Counted from the stretch's first letter, positions 19,542-30,486 are shown. The stretch: 64,000 bases of DNA from Candidatus Latescibacterota bacterium (GCA_965222605.1 OZ244960.1:2048001-2112000); one strand, 5' to 3'. Translations and numbers: made by a program. The notes: generated by a model not told the origin, from the sequence alone.

Positions 19542-19796
19542 TTTACAGTCCTCTTTGGCGTTGTCTTCTTCAAATTTTTCTATTTATGATCGTCAACTCC
19601 TTAAAGCTGCGTAACATCAATGATTTAAGCAAAAAAACCCGTAAATGCAAATTTTAAGGATTATCCTCTGCGGAAATGCGGGAGAACAGCATGCAAAATC
19701 GGTCTTGATAAATTCCAATTCTCAATATATCCTCTTTGAACCCCTGTGCAGGGGCTAGTTGGACAATCTCTCGCCATTTTTTATATTGAAAGGCGG

Positions 19797-19867
19797 TGAG
19801 ACGTAAGACGTAAAAGGTAAGACGACCACCCATCCCCTCTCACGTCTCACGTCTTACCTCTTACCTT
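19797..19867. repeat. Hairpin built from heptamer repeats
   Basis: GTGAGAC/GTAAGAC units followed by complementary GTCTCAC/GTCTTAC units. Confidence 0.7.
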
Positions 19868-19884
19868 TAAAGAAAGGACTCGCA

Positions 19885-20622
19885 ATGGCCGTTGAAATAC
19901 TACCCCTAACAGAAAATCAGATTGACCAATACCATCGAGACGGTTTTTTACTGGCCTCGGAATTGATTCCCGAGGCTATTGCACGCACGGGCGAAGCCGC
20001 GATGTGGGAAATAATGGGCATGGATGCAAACGATCCGGAAACATGGGACAACTTTTCGGACGAAGCGATTGCTTCGACGTTTCAGGCGGGATTTAAACCC
20101 AAATCGAAATTGTTCCAGTTCTTCGGCAATCAACACCCCGACCTCCTCGCCTGTTACACGCCCGAAATGATGGCTGCAATGGCGCAATTGAGCGGCGAAA
20201 GAGTGGATATCTTTCATCCACCAGACGGCACACTCATACAAAACATCTTTCCCTCAGATGAAGAATGGGCGTGGCGAGGGGCGCATTTTGACGGTGGTGT
20301 AAAAGCCAAAATGCACAAAACACTCCCCGGCCCATTTATCATCAACTCGATCATTTATCTCAACGATATTGAAAAACACGGCGGGGGAACATTAGCGTGG
20401 CCCGGTGCCCACAAACCCGTTCGCGCACTGGCAGAATCCGACTCCGAAAAATACGAATACATGTGGCGGCTATCACAAGACCTGCACACCGTCGATATCG
20501 GCGACCCCGTAGAACTGGAGCCAAAATGCGGCGACATTCTTTTCTTTGCCCATTTCTGCGTCCACGCCGCCAGCAATAACGTGCGCGACACACCCCGCCT
20601 GGCACTGCGAAGCCGGTGGTAA
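19885..20622 (+). CDS. PhyH-family dioxygenase
   Basis: YHRDGF, AHFD, PGAH, GDILFF..VHAASNN. Confidence 0.88.
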   Translation: MAVEILPLTENQIDQYHRDGFLLASELIPEAIARTGEAAMWEIMGMDANDPETWDNFSDEAIASTFQAGFKPKSKLFQFFGNQHPDLLACYTPEMMAAMAQLSGERVDIFHPPDGTLIQNIFPSDEEWAWRGAHFDGGVKAKMHKTLPGPFIINSIIYLNDIEKHGGGTLAWPGAHKPVRALAESDSEKYEYMWRLSQDLHTVDIGDPVELEPKCGDILFFAHFCVHAASNNVRDTPRLALRSRW

Positions 20623-20635
20623 ATGGAGATTTCTA

Positions 20636-22606
20636 TTGGCTCTTTCTTCTGCTCAAGAAGCAATATATCCAGCAACTGAACCAAAACTGGTGTCGTGGAA
20701 GGTCGTAGTCGCGGGACTGCTGTTAATTATCGCATCGGACTACTACATCAACTGGTCCACAGTAATCTTGAGGGCGTCCAAGAACAACAAAGCCCTATTC
20801 CCGATGGGACTGTTCTTCCCCTTTGTTGTACTGGTGGGCGTCAATCTGCTACTCAGCCGGATAAACCTGCGGTGGGCACTGAACCGGGGGCAACTGTGCG
20901 TAGCCCTGGGCATGGGACTGATCGGATCGCTATTCCCATTCTATGGCCTGGCATCCTACGTAGTCGGCACCATTGCCGCGCCCTATTATTTTGCCACACC
21001 GGAAAACGGCTGGGCAGAACTGCTGCACCCCAACATGGTCTCCTGGCTGGTCATGAACAACGAAGACCAAGCCGTAACCTGGTTCTACGACGGCCTGCCC
21101 CCGGGCCAGGCCATACCCTGGAGCGCCTGGGCCGTACCGGTATTCTGGTGGATGACCTTTGTGGCCGCAGCCGCCTGCGTGGCCCTCTGCCTGATGGTAA
21201 TATTGCGAAAACAATGGGTGGAAAACGAACGCCTGGAATTCCCGCTAATGGAAGTGGGCATGCAGGTGGCTCAGGTAGATAAAGGCGATACAGAAACTCC
21301 CCCCTTACTCAGTCAACCGCTCTTCCGCGTGGGTTTCTGGATTGGGATCTTTGCAGTATTCTGGAACATCATCTCTTATTTTTATCCCTTAATACCGGGG
21401 CTGCCAACCACGCACACCGAAGGCCAGTGGTTCCGCTGGCTGGAAGGCGCCAAACCCTTCTGGGTTCAAATCAGCATTTACGTCATAGGTTTTGCCTATT
21501 TTGCACGGGTCGAAACCCTGTTCAGTTTCTGGCTATTCTTTCTCTTTACAGAAATTGAAGTAGCGACATTTGACCGCCTGGGAATCGCGGCAGGGCACGG
21601 AGGTGGCGAAGCCGTACGGTCACAAAATTTCGGTGTACTATGCGCCTATGTCATGTTCGGCCTGTGGATGGCGCGTGGACATCTAAAAGCCGTATTTCGG
21701 AAAGTCTTCAAAGGGGCTTCCGATGTAGATGATTTCAGAGAAGTGATGTCGTACCGCGCGGCAGTAATCGCCCTCGTAGCCTCCCTGCTTTACATGGTAG
21801 CGTGGTTGCACGCGGCTGGCATGGAAGTCAGAGTAGTCCTCCTGTACCTGTTTTTCACCGCAGTAGCCTACATCGGAATGGCCCGATTCGCTGCAGAACT
21901 GGGCCTGCCTTATGGGGATATTGCCTACCATTCAATTACCTGGACACCGCTCCACATCATGGGCGGGCAAACAGTCACAGCATCCACATTGACATGCCAG
22001 GGCTATCTCTGGGCCATGTTCGGAAAAACCCGGGGATTTCTGGGACCTCCAATCGCGCAAATGTTAAAACTGACCACCCCATTGCGCGTCGAGCGGGGGC
22101 GTTTGTTCGGCGTGATCGTCCTCGCCGTAGTAGCAGGCGCCACATTTGCAATACTCCATGCGATATACATGGGCTATTCCTCCGGCGGCTTCAACCTCAG
22201 AGCCGCGTGGAATCTGCTGATCGGGCCTCAGCGCTCCTACGATGCATCCGTAACCTGGATCCGCAACCCGGAAGCACCCGATGTGGAGCGAATGTTATTC
22301 ATGGGGTCTGGCGTATTGATCACAGCCGTACTCACCTATTTGAAATACCGCTTCGTACACCTGCCCCTCCATCCCGTAGCCCTGATGCTACAGGGCACCT
22401 ATATGGCGCAGAAAACAGTATTTTCAGTATTTCTGATCTGGATCTACAAATCAACCATACTAAAAATAGGCGGGGTGCGCCTCTACAGAAAAGGACAACC
22501 GTTTTTCATCGGCCTGCTGATCGGATATGCCATAGCGACATTTTTATCCTGCGTGATAGACAGCATCTTCTTCTTTGGACAGGGGCATCTGGTACACGGG
22601 TTTTAA
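20636..22606 (+). CDS. Polytopic membrane protein, DUF6785-like putative transporter
   Basis: Many hydrophobic segments; PYYFATPENGW, LRKQWVENERLEFPL, PLHPV; TTG start after GGAG. Confidence 0.7.
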   Translation: MALSSAQEAIYPATEPKLVSWKVVVAGLLLIIASDYYINWSTVILRASKNNKALFPMGLFFPFVVLVGVNLLLSRINLRWALNRGQLCVALGMGLIGSLFPFYGLASYVVGTIAAPYYFATPENGWAELLHPNMVSWLVMNNEDQAVTWFYDGLPPGQAIPWSAWAVPVFWWMTFVAAAACVALCLMVILRKQWVENERLEFPLMEVGMQVAQVDKGDTETPPLLSQPLFRVGFWIGIFAVFWNIISYFYPLIPGLPTTHTEGQWFRWLEGAKPFWVQISIYVIGFAYFARVETLFSFWLFFLFTEIEVATFDRLGIAAGHGGGEAVRSQNFGVLCAYVMFGLWMARGHLKAVFRKVFKGASDVDDFREVMSYRAAVIALVASLLYMVAWLHAAGMEVRVVLLYLFFTAVAYIGMARFAAELGLPYGDIAYHSITWTPLHIMGGQTVTASTLTCQGYLWAMFGKTRGFLGPPIAQMLKLTTPLRVERGRLFGVIVLAVVAGATFAILHAIYMGYSSGGFNLRAAWNLLIGPQRSYDASVTWIRNPEAPDVERMLFMGSGVLITAVLTYLKYRFVHLPLHPVALMLQGTYMAQKTVFSVFLIWIYKSTILKIGGVRLYRKGQPFFIGLLIGYAIATFLSCVIDSIFFFGQGHLVHGF

Positions 22607-22617
22607 AAGGAGATAAA

Positions 22618-24084
22618 ATGCCAGATAAACGCCCCAACATCCTCTACATCATGACCGACGACCATGGAACCGGAGCCTTGAGTTGCTATGGCAGTCAGAT
22701 CAACCACACCCCCAATATGGATCGCATTGCCCACGGGGGAATGCGCCTGGACAATAGTTACGTAACCTACTCCTTGTGTTCGCCCAGCCGCGCCTCCATC
22801 TTAACCGGAAAATACGCACATCTTCACGGACAAACATCCATTGGGGGGAATATTTTTGACGGCTCACAGCAAACATTCCCCCGTCTATTACAGGACGCGG
22901 GATATCAAACCGCGATTATCGGAAAATGGCACCTGCACAGCATACCAACGGGCTTTGATCACTACAGCGTAATGTGGGGACAAGGCTCTTATTTTGATCC
23001 CAAATTTATCGAACCCAGCGCGCACGGCCCCGTATGGAAAGAAAGTCGGGGATATTCGACAGACCTGGTAACCGACAAATGCCTCGACTGGCTCAAAGGA
23101 CGAGACGCTGAAAAACCCTTTATGCTCTTGTGTCATTTTAAGTCCCCCCATTACAACTGGGAGCCGGATGAGAAACACAAAACAATGTTCCAGGATGAAA
23201 CAATTCCCGAACCAGAGACATTTGACCACAATTTTGGAGACAGCCCCGTTTCTCCCGAAGCCTTGCAAGTCAAGCTGGAAACCGTACATGAACAGTGGAA
23301 TATCACACACTGGGACGCGATGCCCGAAGGATTGTCCATGCAGCAGCAAAAACACAGGAACTACCAGTATTTCATCAAAGACTACCTCCGCTGTGTTGCC
23401 TCGGTTGATGATAATATTGGGCGGCTTCTCGACTACCTCGACGAACAGGATCTGGCCGAAAATACAGTTGTAGTCTATACCTCAGACAACGGGATGTTTC
23501 AGGGCGAACACGGCTGGGTCGATAAAAAAATGATGTTTGAGGAGAGCCTGCGGGTCCCATTCTTAATCCGATATCCCCGAGAAATAGCAGCGGGATCCCA
23601 TACAAATGACATGGTAATCAATCTCGACTATGCACCGACCTTTTTGGAATACGCCGGGCAGCCCATCCCCGCAGACATCCAGGGAAGAAGTCTGGTATCC
23701 CTCCTGAGAGGGCACACGCCGGATAATTGGCGAACCGCGTTTTACTACCAACACTTCGACATCCATCCCGACGGCGAAATGGCAAATTGCGGCGTACGCA
23801 CCAAAAATTTCAAACTAATCTGGTACAACCACAACTACGACCATTACCAGCTCTTCGACACCCAAAAAGACCCCAGCGAAACCCGGGATGTATCCGAAGA
23901 TCCCGAATACGCCTTGACAGTATCCGAAATGAAAGCCTTGCTGCGGGATGAACGCGAAAAAGCGGGCCTGACAGATGAAACAGAACAACAAATTTTTAAC
24001 AGCGATAACATACCTCAGACGCGCAAGCAGATGAATGCGTTATTGCAAATGGTAGATACCAATACCGCTAAGGAGAAACAATGA
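22618..24084 (+). CDS. Sulfatase (formylglycine-dependent)
   Basis: PNILYIMTDD, CSPSRASILTG, GKWHL, SDNG. Confidence 0.93.
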   Translation: MPDKRPNILYIMTDDHGTGALSCYGSQINHTPNMDRIAHGGMRLDNSYVTYSLCSPSRASILTGKYAHLHGQTSIGGNIFDGSQQTFPRLLQDAGYQTAIIGKWHLHSIPTGFDHYSVMWGQGSYFDPKFIEPSAHGPVWKESRGYSTDLVTDKCLDWLKGRDAEKPFMLLCHFKSPHYNWEPDEKHKTMFQDETIPEPETFDHNFGDSPVSPEALQVKLETVHEQWNITHWDAMPEGLSMQQQKHRNYQYFIKDYLRCVASVDDNIGRLLDYLDEQDLAENTVVVYTSDNGMFQGEHGWVDKKMMFEESLRVPFLIRYPREIAAGSHTNDMVINLDYAPTFLEYAGQPIPADIQGRSLVSLLRGHTPDNWRTAFYYQHFDIHPDGEMANCGVRTKNFKLIWYNHNYDHYQLFDTQKDPSETRDVSEDPEYALTVSEMKALLRDEREKAGLTDETEQQIFNSDNIPQTRKQMNALLQMVDTNTAKEKQ

Positions 24085-26069
24085 AAAATGCCAAACTCCG
24101 CTATAGACAGATACACCTGGATTTTCACACCTCTGAACACTGCCCAAATGTCGGTGGCAAATTTGACGAAGACCAGTTCATCGGCGCCTTAAAAAAAGGA
24201 CATGTAAATTCCATAACCATCTTTGCACAATGCCATCACGGCTGGTGTTATTACCCCACAAACACGGATATGGAGCATCCCAACCTGCAAACCGACCTCG
24301 TTGGACGCATGCTCGCCGCAGCCAAAAAAGCCGACATCAACATGCCCGTCTATATCACCGTACAATGGCAGGAAAAAGCCGCGCGCGAACATCCTGAATG
24401 GCGCGTCAGGCGGCCCGATGGAAACTACGTCGGACGGCCAACCATGCATCCCCATACTCCCCTGCCACACGGCGGATGGTATCGCTTGTGCTGCAACACG
24501 CCCTATCTGGACGCGAGCGTCTTGCCCGTATTGACAGAAGTAATGGACATGTACAACCCCTCTGGCATATTTCTCGACATTACCGGTGAAGAAATTTGCA
24601 CCTGTGATTGGTGTATCGCCAGTATGCATGAAAAAGGGCTCAATCCCAATAATGCTGGAGATCGGGTTATTCACTCACAGGATGTGTACAAAGATTATTT
24701 AACAAAGACTACAGACATCATCTGGAGCCGAAATCCGGACGCGACAATTTATCACAACGGCAGCGACAAAAAGGGTCGCCACGACCTCTACCCCTACTGG
24801 TCGCACCACGAGATCGAATCGCTACCAACCGGTATGTGGGGATACAACCACTTCCCGACAAATGCGCGCTACTTCACAAATCTGCCCGACTGCAACGTAA
24901 TCGCACAAACGGGCAAGTTCCACCGCATGTGGGGCGAATTTGACGGCTTCAAAAATCCAGTCGCATTGGAATACGAAGTTGGACAAATCATCTCATTAAA
25001 TTGCCGTTGTATGGTCGGCGATCAACTCCATCCAGAAGGAGAGATGGATGAAGAAACCTATCGCATTATAGGCGAGGCATACAAACGCGTTGAAGAACGC
25101 GAACCCTGGCTCGTGGATGCCGAACCTGTGGTGGATGTGGCGATTCTCGCACCCTCGGGTGTACACAAAGATAGGGAGTTGGAAGACAGCGAAGTTGGCG
25201 CTGGGCTAATGCTAATGGAAAACCATATCCCATTTTTAATGCTGGACGAAACAATGGATCTATCGCCCTACCAACTGCTGATTTTACCAGACAGTGTGCG
25301 CGTGGATGATGCGCTAAAAACAAAAATCGATGCCTTTCTGGCAAATGGCGGGAAATTACTCTCATCCGGCGAAAGCGGCCTGGACCCCGCGGGAAATGGT
25401 TTTGCGTATGACATTGGCGCGGATTATACCGGACCGTCCCCAAATGATATAGAATACGTAATCGTCGGAGACGCCATCGCCGCAAATATGGTACGCACCC
25501 CATTCCTCGTCTATGAATCTGGCGTAACGACAAAAGTGACAGACGGCGAAATACTCGCAGCCGCGTGGAAACCGTACTTTAACCGCACTTATGGAAAATT
25601 CTGCTCCCACCGAAACACCCCTTATGAAGGCGACGCGGGTTGGCCCTCTGTCATACGCAAAGGCAATATCATACACATCGCCCAACCCATCTTCAGGGTA
25701 TATGACGACCAGGGGATGCAATTGCATCGCGACCTGGTAAAAAATTGCATCGATTTGCTCTACGACGATCCCTTATTGCAGGTCTCCCTACCATCGTGTG
25801 GCCGCGTAAACGTGACGCGCCAACCCCAGGAAGGAAATCGGCTAATCTTGCATCTGATGTACGCCAATCCCATCAAACGGGGCGATACACAAGTAATAGA
25901 AGACATTATCCCACTGTACGATATTGCGGTCTCCCTGAAAGCGGACCGCGACATATCTCGCGTGTATCTCGCACCCGAAAATGAGGACATTAAATTTGCA
26001 GTAGCGGACGGGCGCGTGTCATTTACCGTGTCAAAAGTCGAAATGAATCAGATTGTCGTGATAGAATAA
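24081..26069 (+). CDS. Glycoside hydrolase, GH151-like putative alpha-L-fucosidase
   Basis: RQIHLDFHTSE, FAQCHHGWCYYPT, IESLPTGMWGY, GKFHRMWGEF, GDQLHP. Confidence 0.75.
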   Translation: MKNAKLRYRQIHLDFHTSEHCPNVGGKFDEDQFIGALKKGHVNSITIFAQCHHGWCYYPTNTDMEHPNLQTDLVGRMLAAAKKADINMPVYITVQWQEKAAREHPEWRVRRPDGNYVGRPTMHPHTPLPHGGWYRLCCNTPYLDASVLPVLTEVMDMYNPSGIFLDITGEEICTCDWCIASMHEKGLNPNNAGDRVIHSQDVYKDYLTKTTDIIWSRNPDATIYHNGSDKKGRHDLYPYWSHHEIESLPTGMWGYNHFPTNARYFTNLPDCNVIAQTGKFHRMWGEFDGFKNPVALEYEVGQIISLNCRCMVGDQLHPEGEMDEETYRIIGEAYKRVEEREPWLVDAEPVVDVAILAPSGVHKDRELEDSEVGAGLMLMENHIPFLMLDETMDLSPYQLLILPDSVRVDDALKTKIDAFLANGGKLLSSGESGLDPAGNGFAYDIGADYTGPSPNDIEYVIVGDAIAANMVRTPFLVYESGVTTKVTDGEILAAAWKPYFNRTYGKFCSHRNTPYEGDAGWPSVIRKGNIIHIAQPIFRVYDDQGMQLHRDLVKNCIDLLYDDPLLQVSLPSCGRVNVTRQPQEGNRLILHLMYANPIKRGDTQVIEDIIPLYDIAVSLKADRDISRVYLAPENEDIKFAVADGRVSFTVSKVEMNQIVVIE

Positions 26070-26085
26070 AAAAAGGAGATACCTT

Positions 26086-26997
26086 ATGGCAGAAACAAAA
26101 AAAATCGTCCGATCGGAACCCTTTGTAATCAACAAAAACATGGGCAGCCCGCTGGCGATATCCGCCAGAGATCTGACGCGCAAAAATGCAGATGGTCTTC
26201 CAGTGGTCTTGCCGACAGAAAAACAAAAATACGATTTTGATCGCAATGGGTGGCTTCTAATTCCCGGCGTACTTTCAAAAGACGAATGCGACGAAATGCG
26301 AACCTTTGCCGAGCGATTGGCCAAAGACCCCGAAAGCATTCCCGAACACGAACGCTGCCCACTTGGCGGACCATTGCAAAAATTGGCCGATCATCCCGTT
26401 GTCGTAGGATTTATGAATGAATTTTTGGCATACCCACCCCTCGCCAATGACGAGCGATATGGATTCAGACTGGAAACATCCCACCTGTTTTACCGCAATA
26501 CTGAAACGCCCGGGAAATTTAGCCCACATAACGGCAATGGCCTGTTTCGCATGCCCTGGGATTCCCACTTTTACCGGTGCATCCCCGGCAAAGCCTGGAG
26601 CGGTCTAACGCGCGTAATATGGGAATTTAACCCCGTCAAAAAAGGCCAGGGCAGCACATTATTTGTAACGGGCAGTCACAAAGCCGCTTATCCAGCACCT
26701 GAAACCGTCCGCGACCCCGACTCAACCATGTGGGAAACCTATGGCTGTCCGCCCGGATCGCTGTTGTTCTTCACCGAGGCAATCACGCACAGCGCACATC
26801 CGTGGACCAATACCGAAAACAACCGCCTCGCCGTATTCAACCTCTACAATATCGTCGCGAGCCGATGGCATTCGTGGTTGCCACCCGAAAAACTCATCGA
26901 ATCCATGCCACCCCTCAGACAAACGCTCTTTAGCGAACCGTATAACGAAAAAGTGGATACATTTTTCCCGCGCACAACGGCGTATATGGACGGGTGA
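26086..26997 (+). CDS. PhyH-family oxygenase-like protein with HxG motif
   Basis: FDRNGWLLIPGVLS, PHNG, GSHK, ITHS. Confidence 0.85.
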   Translation: MAETKKIVRSEPFVINKNMGSPLAISARDLTRKNADGLPVVLPTEKQKYDFDRNGWLLIPGVLSKDECDEMRTFAERLAKDPESIPEHERCPLGGPLQKLADHPVVVGFMNEFLAYPPLANDERYGFRLETSHLFYRNTETPGKFSPHNGNGLFRMPWDSHFYRCIPGKAWSGLTRVIWEFNPVKKGQGSTLFVTGSHKAAYPAPETVRDPDSTMWETYGCPPGSLLFFTEAITHSAHPWTNTENNRLAVFNLYNIVASRWHSWLPPEKLIESMPPLRQTLFSEPYNEKVDTFFPRTTAYMDG

Positions 26998-27014
26998 TTG
27001 AAAAGGAGACCGAC

Positions 27015-27914
27015 ATGAACGGCAATAGAACAGTAACACCTTATATCATCGACAAAAATCTGGGTAGCCCAATGGACGACTACTCAGATGTATTGCCAAA
27101 GAAAAATGGCGATGGATTAGACATCATCGAACCGACCGCAGAGCAGAAGTACCGGTTTGACAAAGATGGCTGGTTATTGGTCCCCGGCGTATTGAGTGAA
27201 CAGGACATCAAAGAAATGCGGGAATATTGTATTCAACTGCACTTCGATCCCCAATCGCTCCCCGAACACGAGCGCACCCCGCTGGCAGGTCCAACGCAGA
27301 AATTGATAGATCACCCTCTAATAGTCGGCATGATGAATGAATTTATGGCCAATCCCCGCCTGTCAAGCCCCAACTGTTATGGATTCAGTTTGGCTGCCAA
27401 TGGACTCTGGTATAGAACCGCGCCCAATCGGCGAAATGACGGCAAAAGAGAAGCCCGTCAGTTTAGCCCACACAATGGCAATGGACTATATCGCCTGCCC
27501 GGCGATGCACATTTTTACAACGCCTTTCCCGGCAAAGCCAACAGCCCGCATACGCGCGTGGTTTGGGAATTGAATCCAGTCAAACACAAACAGGGTGGCA
27601 CACTGCTCGTAACGGGCAGCCACAAAGCTGTGTACACCGCGCCCGACGAAATTCAAGACCCCGATTCCGGCATCTGGACGACCTATTCATGTCCGGCAGG
27701 CTCAGTCCTATTTTTTGCAGAAGCAACCACACACAGCGCGTATCCGTGGATCAATGAAGAAAACGATCGCATCGCGATTGCCAACCTCTACAACTTCGTG
27801 GATGGCGGTCACGCCAGACTATTGCGACCCGACCCCCGCATCCTGAACTCCATGCCCCCGATTCGCCAGACCCTGTTCAGAGAGCGATTTGCCGGTCAAA
27901 ATGTCGTCAGGTGA
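27015..27914 (+). CDS. PhyH-family oxygenase-like protein with HxG motif (paralog of the previous gene)
   Basis: FDKDGWLLVPGVLS, PHNG, GSHK, TTHS. Confidence 0.85.
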   Translation: MNGNRTVTPYIIDKNLGSPMDDYSDVLPKKNGDGLDIIEPTAEQKYRFDKDGWLLVPGVLSEQDIKEMREYCIQLHFDPQSLPEHERTPLAGPTQKLIDHPLIVGMMNEFMANPRLSSPNCYGFSLAANGLWYRTAPNRRNDGKREARQFSPHNGNGLYRLPGDAHFYNAFPGKANSPHTRVVWELNPVKHKQGGTLLVTGSHKAVYTAPDEIQDPDSGIWTTYSCPAGSVLFFAEATTHSAYPWINEENDRIAIANLYNFVDGGHARLLRPDPRILNSMPPIRQTLFRERFAGQNVVR

Positions 27915-27921
27915 GAACATC

Positions 27922-29310
27922 ATGGACCAGAACCGACCAAATATCCTGTTCATAATGACCGATGAGCAGCGATTTGACCATCTGGGACGTGTAAATCCCG
28001 CGGTAAAAACACCGCATATAGACGCCCTTGCCGATGATGGCGTTCTATTCACCCGGGCATATACGCCCAATCCGTCGTGCGTGCCTGCGCGGGCGGGAAT
28101 ATTTACAGGAAAATATCCGCACCAGTGCGCGGCACCCACCTTTATCACCTATTTGCCAGCGCACGAAAAGACATTCATGAGTTATTTGCAGGAAGCGGGC
28201 TATTATACCGCGGTAATAGGCAAGCAACACTTTGGCGAATCGGAAATTGAACGCGGTTATAACTACGAAGATATTATTGACAGCCACAGCCCCGCGCCTC
28301 AGAATCCAGATCGCAACTCCTATAATCAGTGGTTATGGGACTCCGGGTTTAAGCACCGCAGCGAATTGATACAGGGAAATTCCGACATCAGAAGATATTC
28401 GGAATGGAAGGCAGACCCAAAATACCACGTCGATCACTACGTGGGCGACCGGGGCCGCGAATGGATCGAAAGCGGAATGCCCGAAAATCGCCCCTGGTTT
28501 TGCTGGATCTCATTTCCAGGACCACACGGTCCCATTGACTGTGGCAATTTACCTCAGGCTGACCTGTACGACCCGGCTGAAATTGACATGCCAGAAACGA
28601 ATTTTGAAATGTTAGCACAAAAGCCACCGCACAATTCACTTCGAGGGGGACCCGAGCACCAACAGCCTTTTACAAACGATGAGATTCGCAAACTTCGACA
28701 CGCTTATTACGCAAACGTAACACTGATCGATGAAAAAATCGGCGCAATCGTAAAGGCATTAAAAAATAGCGGCACCTATGACAACACCCTCATATTCTTT
28801 ACCAGCGACCACGGCGATTTCATGGGTGACTTCCAGTTAATGGCCAAAGGGCAAAACATCATGGAAGTCCTCATGCGCATTCCCTTTGTAATCAAACCAC
28901 CCAAAGACGGTGTACGCGGAAAAGTGGAAACGTCTCTAATCTCGGCAATTGATATTGCAGCCACATGTTTAACAGTCGCCGGCGCAGAAGTACCCGAACA
29001 CATGGCTTCACGCGATCTGTCGCATTATTGGTCCCATGCAGAAGACCTGGATGACCGGGATGAGTTGTACATGGAAGCGGCGGGCATTCGGTGTTTGCGC
29101 ACCCGACGCTGGAAAATAGGGCATTATTGGAATAAACCCTATGGTGAACTCTACGACCTGAAAAACGACCCGTGGGAAAAAGAAAATCTGTGGGATTGCG
29201 AAGAACTAACAGAGTTGAAATGCGAATTGCAAAAACGATTATTGGACAAACTAATTGAATTAAGCCAGCGGTCTTATATCGCGTGGAACCACGGCGCACC
29301 TGAATTATAA
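27922..29310 (+). CDS. Sulfatase
   Basis: PNILFIMTDE, CVPARAGIFTG, SDHG. Confidence 0.92.
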   Translation: MDQNRPNILFIMTDEQRFDHLGRVNPAVKTPHIDALADDGVLFTRAYTPNPSCVPARAGIFTGKYPHQCAAPTFITYLPAHEKTFMSYLQEAGYYTAVIGKQHFGESEIERGYNYEDIIDSHSPAPQNPDRNSYNQWLWDSGFKHRSELIQGNSDIRRYSEWKADPKYHVDHYVGDRGREWIESGMPENRPWFCWISFPGPHGPIDCGNLPQADLYDPAEIDMPETNFEMLAQKPPHNSLRGGPEHQQPFTNDEIRKLRHAYYANVTLIDEKIGAIVKALKNSGTYDNTLIFFTSDHGDFMGDFQLMAKGQNIMEVLMRIPFVIKPPKDGVRGKVETSLISAIDIAATCLTVAGAEVPEHMASRDLSHYWSHAEDLDDRDELYMEAAGIRCLRTRRWKIGHYWNKPYGELYDLKNDPWEKENLWDCEELTELKCELQKRLLDKLIELSQRSYIAWNHGAPEL

Positions 29311-29361
29311 GGGACTATAAAAAACGCGTATATCAGTGACAACCAAAACCCCTGGATTACT

Positions 29362-29408
29362 GGCGTTGTGCCTTCGGCGTGGCGGCTAAAACCCTGCCGC
29401 AATGACGG
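29362..29408. repeat. REP-like element
   Basis: ctggatt...gcggctaaaaccctgccgcaatgac matches 14110-14140. Confidence 0.65.
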
Positions 29409-29450
29409 CTCTGTTGACAGGTTAATTGGTGTGATAGGAGGTGTCACAAA

Positions 29451-30470
29451 ATGAACGGATTTCGGATTGGAATTGTAGGGTGTGGTGGGATAGCGCATCG
29501 GCATATTGCGGGATATCGGAAAGTCGCACACGACCTGGGAGAAGTCGTCGCGGGATGTGATATAGACAAAGAGCAACTGAATGGCTATTGCGACACATAC
29601 GACATACCCAATCGCTTTACAAATGCGGCGGATATGATCGCATCGAGAGAAGTCGATGTCATCAGCTTATTAACACCACCTGCTGTGCGCCATGACGTGA
29701 TCTTCCCCGCAATTGAAAAAGGTATCCATCTCCTGGTCGAAAAACCATTTGGCGAAACATCAAGCGATGCGGTATCCTTTGTCGAAGCCGCGGAAAAAGC
29801 AGGCGTAACCCTGGCGGTAAACCATCAATTGGGATTTATGGAAGACGTCGTCGCAATGCGCAATATCGTCAATTCGGGTGACATTGGCGGCATACGTTAT
29901 ATATCGCACGACGAACTAAAAAATCGGACGCAAGTGCGCGGATGGCGAAGCCGGGAACAACGCCTGGAAATCAGTATCTTTAGCATACACCTCATCGACC
30001 GCATCCGCACATTGGCAGGCAGCCCTCCCCAAAGCGTATCAGCCGTAACGCGCCATTGGAATCCAGATGTCAAAGGCGAAACCTTTACGAGTTTGACAGT
30101 ACAATTTGAAAATGGCATCGTCGGAACCATGATATCCAACTGGCATTCCATGACCCTGTCAGAATGTCGATTGCGCGTAGATGGCACAAGAGGATCGGTA
30201 CTATCCGTCAAAAAAGTCGTACTTGCCGACGCAGCCACATTGCATATCCATTCCCTGAATGGAAAAAAGGAAACACGCGAATTCAATCGCGAAGGAGCAT
30301 TCACACACGCAATGGGTGAAAGCATGAATCATTTAATGGATTCAGCGCGGCGCGGCACAGAGCCAATGCACAGCGGACGAGGAAATTTATACACCATGCA
30401 AATTGTCGATGCAGCCTATTTGTCGGCGCAACGCGGCGGACAAATGGTAGAAATAGCAGAAATAAAATAA
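29451..30470 (+). CDS. Gfo/Idh/MocA oxidoreductase
   Basis: IGIVGCGGIA, LVEKP. Confidence 0.9.
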   Translation: MNGFRIGIVGCGGIAHRHIAGYRKVAHDLGEVVAGCDIDKEQLNGYCDTYDIPNRFTNAADMIASREVDVISLLTPPAVRHDVIFPAIEKGIHLLVEKPFGETSSDAVSFVEAAEKAGVTLAVNHQLGFMEDVVAMRNIVNSGDIGGIRYISHDELKNRTQVRGWRSREQRLEISIFSIHLIDRIRTLAGSPPQSVSAVTRHWNPDVKGETFTSLTVQFENGIVGTMISNWHSMTLSECRLRVDGTRGSVLSVKKVVLADAATLHIHSLNGKKETREFNREGAFTHAMGESMNHLMDSARRGTEPMHSGRGNLYTMQIVDAAYLSAQRGGQMVEIAEIK

Positions 30471-30486
30471 TACTGGAGGAATAGCA

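Noticed and set aside
21802-22617. N-terminal extension of the sulfatase ORF
   Set aside because: Out-of-frame overlap with the membrane protein gene; AGGAG precedes ATG 22618
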